Assembly (NCBI GenBank): GCA_040954595.2
Contig: CM082587.2
Location: 3,797,993 to 3,861,992, forward strand
DNA from: Balanoglossus misakiensis
Lineage: Eukaryota > Animalia > Hemichordata
Direction of reading: 5' to 3'
DNA: 64,000 bases
Position 1 is the first letter of the stretch. Each line of letters begins with the position of its first letter. The position numbers and the translations under genes are program-made. The notes under the pieces were generated by a model. The model did not search any database, had not been told where the DNA came from, and saw nothing but the letters and a program-made list of their open reading frames with translations. Of this stretch, positions 38,201-47,900 are shown in pieces.

Positions 38201-39771
38201 TACTTGAACTGTCGTCATTTTCTAGAAATTTTGCACAGAGCCCAATCAAAGGAAATTAAATTCAGCGATCGAATGAAACCATACGGTCACTGTGCTCCAT
38301 TTTTGAGATAAACTTCATTGAATATTTTTGCCCGTAGGAAAAAAAAACTGTAATAGGATCTAGAATGCTTCTGAACAGACACTCAAACACGTCAGCAGTA
38401 GTCCGACTCTGCATTCTATACAAATATAGAAATGTATTACATGTACTAGTATACAATTGAATGCCATAGGTTACGGCTGTACGTGTAGTACGTGTAGATG
38501 TGTGATACAGCACATAAAAGGGACGATATCTGTAACACGAGCCATGTTTTTTAATGCTTTTTAGCAATTTTCAGCTGTCTCTGTGTTTTCTATCCATCCA
38601 TCAACTTTCTCATGACATTAAATTATTGTGGAAATATTTACAATCCATTTCCGCCTGCACTAAGTCATCACAACCCTTGAGCAAATTTCCTTTGGTTGCG
38701 CAATATTTACCTGATTATTTTTTAGAGATATTTCTTTGAGGATACATAAGTCCAGGCTTGTGAAACGGTAGACCAAAAACATGATGATTAGTGTTACGTC
38801 TGGCATGTTTTACTATCAAGGAAAATTGATGACGTTCAATCTTGATTTAGAGCAGAAAAAAACTAATGTTGCCTTTAACAGCAATATCTGAAAGGATTGA
38901 ATTACATTGTGTGAACGTCTGCGGATTTCTTTCTTGACAATATTCCTCTGGAAAATGTTGAAAAACATGGATTCTTTGTATAGGGTCAGGTTACGTGTAT
39001 AATTTCAACTGCCTGCTTCAAAACTTTTGCACAGGGCTATTCTGTGGTTTGTCACTGTTTGTATACGCAGTACGTGTTCTAACACCAGCTTAAAAAAAAA
39101 ACGTTATTTCAGATGTGGTTTGTTGCTGTGGGTTATAGTCAGAGGCACTTCCTTGATTGCAGAAAGCTTTTTACTCCGTGGATGATTGTGTCAAGGATTT
39201 CACTTAGCTCCGCTGTACAGTTCCTGTTCACTGGAGCCGAACTCAATCTCTGATGAAAGAAACTTTGTAGGCGTTGACGACACCTTAGCAACCCCTTGCT
39301 TGCCAGTTTCAGTGCAAGGATACACCTGAAAATATCTGTGAAATATGTTTCCCACTGGGGGGGGGGGGAGGGGGGAGGGTCTCTGAAGATTGGTATGGAG
39401 AAATTACATTGGTGCATGGGCATGACTTGCAACAGACATGACATGTTAATGAGCATCAATCAATCAATCAATCAGAGAAATTTGTATAGCGCCAGTATCT
39501 ATAACAAGTGTCATACTCAAAGGCGCTTGCACTCATTGGCCCACACCATATGCTCTTGCGAAAAAATGCGTCTTCAGTCTTTTCTTAATATTAATGAGTT
39601 GCCGGTATTCCTGTCAACCTAGGTAGAACCTCATACACTAACATAATATATTGTCTCTCTTCCACATGTACACAGAATAAAGACGGCAAACTGACGAGGG
39701 ACGAATTCAGGGAAGGCTCAAAGTGTGACCCGTGGATAGTACAGGCATTATCCTTAGAGATTCCCCAGTAA
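21827..39771 (+). CDS. NCS1: Neuronal calcium sensor 1/frequenin-like, 189 aa. Exons 21827-21890, 23259-23283, 31283-31331, 34714-34803, 35854-35932, 36183-36271, 36412-36489, 39676-39771.
   Basis: Spliced: [189 protein letters not shown]. Contains the N-myristoylation motif, the inactive CPSG EF1 and canonical EF2-4. All introns are GT-AG and the total is 570 nt. Confidence 0.93.
22565..22602. mobile_element. 24-bp palindrome flanked by a 7-bp direct repeat (transposon footprint or minimal element)
   Basis: TCTATAA-CACAGTCCCTC-TT-GAGGGACTGTG-TCTATAA. Confidence 0.6.
23224..23251. repeat. (CT)n microsatellite forming the polypyrimidine tract of the 25-nt NCS1 exon 2
   Basis: About 14 CT units ending 7 nt before the exon start (acceptor AG at 23257-23258). 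Confidence 0.9.
25467..25533. repeat. 33-bp-arm near-perfect palindrome/hairpin in NCS1 intron 2
   Basis: TTTTTTTTGTCCATCATCCAACGGGCGATAACA-G-TGTTTTCGCCCATTGGATGATGGACAAAAAAAA, with 2 mismatches and a 1-nt spacer. Confidence 0.85.
25570..25657 (-). mobile_element. Degenerate tRNA-derived SINE head (Pol III A and B boxes)
   Basis: Minus strand reads GTGGCCTAGTGGTCAAG (A box) ... GGTGGGTTCAATACCCAG (B box). The A-box segment is partly duplicated and there is no intact cloverleaf. Confidence 0.55.
25839..25864. repeat. Poly-G tract (~26 nt)
   Basis: Homopolymer run. Shorter G-runs occur near 10525-10550 and 39357-39379. Confidence 0.9.
39454..39620 (-). mobile_element. 3' tail fragment of an L2/CR1-type LINE or LINE-related SINE
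   Basis: (ATCA)n tail followed by AATTTGTATAGCGCC...CAAAGGCGCT and GTCTTCAGTCTTTTCTT, a pattern typical of antisense L2/CR1 3' ends. Confidence 0.5.
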
Positions 39772-41469
39772 CATCAGAAGCAATAGGCCCCCCGGATAAA
39801 CCCATCTTGAGCAACTCAATCAAGAAACACCACGGCCGGAGGTATCCAGAAGAAACGGCAAGGAGCAAGAACTTTTTATCAAGTTTAAAAACTCGCCCAC
39901 GATTGATGAATTTATTACGTCCTTTTCCAAGTTTATCATGCACAGTTATGTACATTTCTACTCGCTTTTTGTTGTCACTTTCTGGCACAAGATTGTAAAT
40001 AATTAAATTATTGTAAGGCTGATATTTAAATGGATCGCTATACTTTTTTGGAAACTATTCTTCATCATCTGAATGACAGGTGATGTGTGTTATTATGTAG
40101 TGTTTGAGGTCAAGGGTCACACAGGCTTTATGTGTGCTAATTACGATTTAATAGAATTCATTACTTTGCAGCCAAAGTTCACCATGAATAATTATCAGTC
40201 TAGTTAAGTAGTAATTTCAGATTTTAATTTACCATTTGTAAGACAATGACATCCTACTGATGTTTTAAAAATGATTTCTCGTTATTTTTAGCTATTTATT
40301 TCCAGTATAATTACTAGAAATTCAGATCTAGAATTATTTTCACTGTATGATCTGAGACTATGGCAGTTACGGAAACTTCAAATGAAATGTGAAAGAAACA
40401 GAAATTCCTCACAAAAACGGTTGTTAACACCTATTTAAACAACTTTGTACTTTTAAGAAAATCCATAATTTTAGAAGTGAAAATAGTTTGTGTTTTTGGC
40501 AACCAGTAGAAGTTAATTATTTTATGAGACTTAATTAAGAAATTTCGCATGATTTGGGAAATGCGTCCACTTGTTCATAGATGAGGTAATTTTAGACAAA
40601 AGTTATATTTTTCACTGCCAGTAAGAAGTGGTGAAAAATCTTGAAAACAGACTCGGTAAATGTCATGTTGGCAAGTGTCCCCTTCATCAAGAATGTTTTC
40701 TGGAGTTACTTTAGTAGTGTATCCCTCCTCAGGACAGGCACCCCCTGGTCATTTTCTACCCACTACATCCAGCGTTAGTGTTAGGGATAAGGTTGAGGTG
40801 TCAAAGTGTCCAGGGGGTAACTGACCTAGATAGCCAAGCTAAGCAAAAAAAAGCCAGTGCTGCCATCATCTTGGATAATCTGTGTTGTATAAATTGCGTT
40901 TTAAAGGAAAACGTTTATTTGAAGCTTTTAAAGGATTTTTATGAAGTTTCATAAAGCTGTTAGAATTTTTAAAAACTTCTATTTTGTGACATGTGATCTG
41001 TTCCCAACATGATAAACGCCTATCTGTATGGAGAGATAATCAAATCAGAAAAAAATTGCCTCAGACTAATATACATATACCTGTTACATAATTCAGTATT
41101 CACTGGAAAAAAAATCATTGTATTCATGTGTATTGGAAAATTTTGCCCCCCTTCTTCTTCAGCAAGTTGATCATAGCTTTTGTCTGGTTGTTAGGAGGAT
41201 ATTGCCATGGTGACATATCTGATGAACATTCTCATCTCAGAATAGGGGTGTGAATCCCACCTGTCCAACAACATATCAATTACAAACTACCTGCTGTTAA
41301 TTTTGCTGTTTAATAGCATAAAATATTTACCGTCACTGTTCAGTGTTCATCATTGCAATTTTTGAGAAAGAAAGCACTGTACTCCTGGAATCTCCTGGAA
41401 TTGTTACTTAATATTGATTTTGGCATTTACGATTTTGCTAATTTGGCAAAGACAATCTCTCATTCTGTC

Positions 41470-41701
41470 TTAAAGGGAAGCAGTCGTCGCGCCGCGTTTG
41501 TTTGTTTATAAACATTACAATTCATCCACAAATCCCTGATAATAGATTATTCTTAGAATGAACAAAGCAGCCAACCGTAGCGTAGACTGGGCATGACATC
41601 CTAGTAGGTCGTTGTGACTGCAGTGAGGTTTGTGCTGGTATGGGAGGACATATTCTCATCAAGGGGGACACCCACACGGCGCGACGACTGCTTCCCGTTA
41701 A
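41470..41701. mobile_element. Second TTAA-flanked MITE (Kolobok/T2-like, different family) between NCS1 and UGT
   Basis: TTAA-AGGGAAGCAGTCGTCGCGCCG ... CGGCGCGACGACTGCTTCCCG-TTAA: 21-bp TIRs with one terminal mismatch. Confidence 0.82.
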
Positions 41702-42442
41702 ATCCTGCAAATATTTGGCAATATTGCATTGATGAGGTCTGCCGCCCAGACCTACACAGCTACTCTTCTCAATTGTGTTGATTTGTATATATTTTCCCTT
41801 CTTGTAACACCAGAAATGGTGACAAAATTTTGGCATTACGATCTCTATGAAGTATCCTGTTAGTTAGTCTAAATTAGAAACTCTGCAAGAGAATGAATAA
41901 AACGTTTCAGAAAGTTTTAACGATGGTGTCTATAATGATCAGAAAGTTTCTGTTTTTCTACCTTTCCTATGTCATTGGAAGTCATCTCTTCAACACTTTT
42001 GCAAAATATTTGTATATTGTACTATGATATGTATTACTCATTCTGGATCTTAATTATTCAAATGATCTCAGTTTTTGAGTTTGCTGTCTTTGGTTTTCGA
42101 GGAGTGTTTGAGTGTAAACACACTGAGTTTGATGCATTTTGTGTACGAGAGATTTCCTAAATCAACTCAAATAAATCAAGTTTGAGTAAGCGCATACATG
42201 GGTCCTTGTGATTTTTATGTATAGTATGACCCTCAGGCCTCGGAGCAAAGGGTTTTCTGGCCACTTTAGAAAGTTTGATATTCGCACGGCATTATGGGAT
42301 TTCTGAGCTCGTCGCGTTGCCAGTGAGTCCCACCACACAACGACGGACCCAAACCTGACGAGACTCGCACTTTGATCCACGTCCACGTACAATTGACGCA
42401 AGTTAAGACTTTAGTTTTGTTATCATTTTAAACGAAGTTTGG

Positions 42443-44774
42443 ATGATGCCTCGCATCTATGTGATATTGTTTGTGTTGGTGGTGACCAGATGCGGGAATG
42501 CGACATCCAGCAAAATCCTCCTTGTGCCGAGAAGCAGCTATGGCAGTTTATTTGCGTTAATGAAGAAAATGGCCTGCGATCTTAGAGATCAAGGACACAC
42601 TGTGACCCTAGTTGTGTCCGGCAACCGCTACGACGATGTCATCAACAGAACAGATACAGCTGGTATTAATGTGCAGCCCTTCACCACGACTGCCGGCTTC
42701 GAAACGGGAAGGACAGCATTTACAGAAACTTCACTGGCTGGCAATTTGGGGTGGTATAGACTGTCGAAAGACTTGGTTGTTCTGGCTGAGATTTGTGATG
42801 ACCTGTTTTCCGACTCCAAGTTCTTGCAGCGTTTGAGAGACGAAAACTTTGACCTGATAATCGCATGTGCAGTCGCTCCCTGCAGCGCCTTACTTGCTCA
42901 CTACTTGTCCCGACCATTTGTCCTGGTTTCGCCTAACCGACTTGCTCCCGTTTCACAAGCCGATATGTATTCCATCCCTAACAACCCTGCCTATATACCT
43001 TGTTTAGGCACAGGCTTGACCGACCAAATGAACTTTTTCGAGAGAATTTATAACTTGGGTTATTTCTTCATGAGATACGTCACAGTCAGCGACTTGCTTG
43101 CCAAATTCGCAGAGGTGAAAGATAAACACCACATCAGACCAGATTTAGGTATTCGTGATGTGTATGCCGACGCCGAGTTGTTTCTGTTCAACGCGGACAC
43201 ATCGTCCAGCTACCCTCGCCCTCTGATGCCAAATGTGGTTTCCCTGGGCTCCGGTTATCTCATAGATTCATTGAAACCGTTGAACAAGGTAGATTGTAAA
43301 TTTTGTATCGTTATCAGTGTCTGTCTCATTTGGTAATCTGCTCAAGCCCCATTAACAGGTTCAGCTATACCGTTATGCCGCTTTAAACATAGTTTTAGTC
43401 ACCATGGTGACAAAAGGGAAATCACGTAGCTATTAACCTTTAATACTGCGAAGAGGAGTTTATCAAAGCTCGCATAATATTGAAATATTGTTGTTGATTA
43501 AAAAATATATTTAGGAATTATTCAGCCCATCGTATATTGTATTTCAAACAGGAATTGGAAGATTTCGTCCAGTCTTCGGGAGATGATGGTATCGTCATTT
43601 TTTCCTTCGGTACGTACGTTGAATTTACCAGTAACCGCTTCAGAAGATTCGCCATGGCCCTGGAGAGGTTGCCACAGAAGGTGGTCGCCAAATATGACGG
43701 TGACGAACAACCCGAGTATCTGGAGAACAGTGAAAATGTTAAACTTCTGAAGTGGATACCCCAGAATGATTTGCTTGGTAAGCTTGGTAATTGAAGGCAT
43801 TTCCACATTTGAGAGAAAGAAAAGTGTGTAAGTTGTATGCATTTCTAATAAACACCACATATTCACCCAAATGATTTACAGTCATATACTACATGTACTG
43901 CAAAACTCCCGAAGTTCTCATAATCGTATTAACTTCCCAATCTTATATAGATTATAGTTGTTGGTCAATAAATTATGGTCTGGGGAGGGGCTTGTTTCCT
44001 ACTGTTGATCCCTAAAAATTTTTTGAGAAGTGTTCCATAACAATAACCCAAATCAAAATGTATATGCTTCTAATTTCCGGAAATATTATTTTGCTTTCTC
44101 AAGGCCATCCGAAGACTAAAGCGCTTATCTATCATGGTGGTATTAATGGCGTCCAAGAAGCCATTCACTATGCCGTGCCAGTTGTTGGAATACCTCTCTT
44201 CATGGATCAACATGACAACGTGCAGTTTCTTGCCGACAAGGGGATGGCGATTGTTTTGGATGTTGGCACAATGACTTCAGAGGACTTGTACCGGGCGGTT
44301 ACGGAAATTATCGAAGACCCAACGTAAGTGGCACTTTAACGAATTTCACTGTAAATTTCTATTGTGTTTGAGGTAATTTTCGTTGAAAGATATCGGTGGT
44401 CAGTATAACTGGGTGAGCACCATGTAACTGAACTGGCTCATTATCTCGACGTTATGACGCAAACATGAGACGAAACTGATTGTTTTCAATTATGACATTT
44501 TGAAATTGGCATTATTCTCTTGCCCTGCAGATACAAGGAGAATGCTGAACATCTCTCTCGTCTTCAAAGAGACACACCTTTGTCACACAAAGAAAATTTC
44601 CTCTTTTGGATTGAATACATCATTAGACACGGCGGGAAACATCTGAAGTCGCGGGCAGTCAACTTGAACTTCTTTCAGTATTACTGCATCGATGTCTGTA
44701 TATTAGTATTTTTGATGTTGAGCATAGCAACGTTCGTGTTTATCCAAATGTATCGACTCTGTCGCAAAGCCTAA
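42443..44774 (+). CDS. UDP-glycosyltransferase (UGT, GT1 family; UGT2/UGT8-like architecture), 511 aa. Exons 42443-43288, 43552-43777, 44104-44323, 44531-44774.
   Basis: Signal peptide, GHTVT, LTDQMNFFERIYN, YPRPLMPNVV, the UGT signature WIPQNDLLG|HPKTKALIYHGGINGVQEAIHYAVPVVGIPLFMDQ, FWIEYIIRHGGKHL and a C-terminal TM helix. Introns are GT-AG with phases 0/1/2. Confidence 0.93.
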
Positions 44775-44940
44775 CACAACGGAAGAAACCATAACTCTCA
44801 CAAAAAGACAATGTTTAATATATATTTGAGATTCTTTGTTATCTTAACGCCAGTAGCTGTCCTTTACAATGAATTATGGCAAAGTTCTAGTGTTTCCGTA
44901 AAATAGTGATATTTTATTTGGGATTTCAAAAAATGAAAAC

Positions 44941-47900
44941 ATTTTGTACTTTCGCAAAGTCGAAAAATTGTCATTTCTGGATGATTTTCATGAGCTATAA
45001 CCCATGGTTTTTATCCAAAAACAACCAAATTTTGAAATTTCGCGAAGTCGAAAAATTGACATTTCTGGATGATTTTCATGAGCTATAACCCATGGTTTTT
45101 ATCCAAAAACCACCAAATTTTGAAATTTCGCGAAGTCGAAAAATTGACATTTCTGGATGATTTTCATGAGCTATAACCCATGGTTTTTATCCAAAAACCA
45201 CCAAATTTTGAAATTTCGCGAAGTCGAAAAATTGACATTTCTGGACGATTTTCATGAGCTATAACCCATGGTTTTTATCCAAAAACCACCAAATTTTGAA
45301 ATTTCGCGAAGTCGAAAAATTGACATTTCTGGACGATTTTCATGAGCTATAACCCATGGTTTTTATCCAAAAACCACCAAATTTTGAAATTTCGCGAAGT
45401 CGAAAAATTGACATTTCTGGACGATTTTCATGAGCTATAACCCATGGTTTTTATCCAAAAACCACCAAATTTTGAAATTTCGCGAAGTCGAAAAATTGAC
45501 ATTTCTGGACGATTTTCATGAGCTATAACCCATGGTTTTAATCCAAAAACCACCAAATTTTGAAATTTCGCGAAGTCGAAAAATTGACATTTCTGGATGA
45601 TTTTCATGAGCTATAACCCATGGTTTTTATCCAAAAACCACCAAATTTTGAAATTTCGCGAAGTCGAAAAATTGACATTTCTGGATGATTTTCATGAGCT
45701 ATAACCCATGGTTTTTATCCAAAAACCACCAAATTTTGAAATTTCGCGAAGTCGAAAAATTGACATTTCTGGATGATTTTCATGAGCTATAACCCATGGT
45801 TTTTATCCAAAAATCACCAAATTTTGAAATTTCGCGAAGTCGAAAAATTGACATTTCTGGATGATTTTCATGAGCTATAACCCATGGTTTTTATCCAAAA
45901 ACCACCAAATTTTGAAATTTCGCGAAGTCGAAAAATTGACATTTCTGGATGATTTTCATGAGCTATAACCCATGGTTTTTATCCAAAAACCACCAAATTT
46001 TGAAATTTCGCGAAGTCGAGAAATTGACATTTCTGGATGATTTTCATGAGCTATAACCCATGGTTTTTATCCAAAAACCACCAAATTTTGAAATTTCGCG
46101 AAGTCGAGAAATTGACATTTCTGGATGATTTTCATGAGCTATAACCCATGGTTTTTATCCAAAAATCACCAAATTTTGAAATTTCGCGAAGTCGAAAAAT
46201 TGACATTTCTGGATGATTTTCATGAGCTATAACCCATGGTTTTTATCCAAAAACCACCAAATTTTGAAATTTCGCGAAGTCGAAAAATTGACATTTCTGG
46301 ATGATTTTCATGAGCTATAACCCATGGTTTTTATCCAAAAACCACCAAATTTTGAAATTTCGCGAAGTCGAAAAATTGACATTTCTGGATGATTTTCATG
46401 AGCTATAACCCATGGTTTTTATCCAAAAATCACCAAATTTTGAAATTTCGCGAAGTCGAAAAATTGACATTTCTGGATGATTTTCTTGAGCTATAACCCA
46501 TGGTTTTTATCCAAAAATCACCAAATTTTGAAATTTCGCGAAGTCGAAAAATTGACATTTCTGGATGATTTTCATGAGCTATAACCCATGGTTTTTATCC
46601 AAAAACCACCAAATTTTGAAATTTCGCGAAGTCGAAAAATTGACATTTCTGGATGATTTTCATGAGCTATAACCCATGGTTTTTATCCAAAAATCACCAA
46701 ATTTTGAAATTTCGCGAAGTCGAAAAATTGACATTTCTGGATGATTTTCATGAGCTATAACCCATGGTTTTTATCCAAAAATCACCAAATTTTGAAATTT
46801 CGCGAAGTCGAAAAATTGACATTTCTGGATGATTTTCATGAGCTATAACCCATGGTTTTTATCCAAAAACCACCAAATTTTTAAATTTCGCGAAGTCGAA
46901 AAATTGACATTTCTGGATGATTTTCATGAGCTATAACCCATGGTTTTTATCCAAAAACCACCAAATTTTGAAATTTCGCGAAGTCGAAAAATTGACATTT
47001 CTGGATGATTTTCATGAGCTATAACCCATGGTTTTTATCCAAAAATCACCAAATTTTGAAATTTCGCGAAGTCGAAAAATTGACATTTCTGGATGATTTT
47101 CTTGAGCTATAACCCATGGTTTTTATCCAAAAATCACCAAATTTTGAAACTTCGCGAAGTCGAAAAATTGACATTTCTGGATGATTTTCATGAGCTATAA
47201 CCCATGGTTTTTATCCAAAAATCACCAAATTTTGAAACTTCGCGAAGTCGAAAAATTGACATTTCTGGATGATTTTCATGAGCTATAACCCATGGTTTTT
47301 ATCCAAAAACCACCAAATTTTGAAATTTCGCGAAGTCGAAAAATTGACATTTCTGGATGATTTTCATGAGCTATAACCCATGGTTTTTTATCCAAAAACC
47401 ACCAAATTTTGAAATTTCGCGAAGTCGAAAAATTGACATTTCTGGATGATTTTCATGAGCTATAACCCATAGTTTTTATCCAAAAATCACCAAATTTTGA
47501 AATTTCGCGAAGTCGAAAAATTGACATTTCTGGATGATTTTCATGAGCTATAACCCATGGTTTTTATCCAAAAACCACCAAATTTTGAAATTTCGCGAAG
47601 TCGAAAAATTGACATTTCTGGATGATTTTCATGAGCTATAACCCATGGTTTTTATCCAAAAACCACCAAATTTTGAAATTTCGCGAAGTCGAAAAATTGA
47701 CATTTCTGGATGATTTTCTTGAGCTATAACCCATGGTTTTTATCCAAAAACCACCAAATTTTGAAATTTCGCGAAGTCGAAAAATTGACATTTCTGGATG
47801 ATTTTCATGAGCTATAACCCATGGTTTTTATCCAAAAACCACCAAATTTTGAAATTTCGCGAAGTCGAAAAATTGACATTTCTGGATGATTTTCATGAGC

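Noticed and set aside
45030-45060. CENP-B box within the satellite monomer (TTCG...CG)
   Set aside because: Neither strand fits TTCG-N4-A-N2-CGGG. Only the TTCG word matches.
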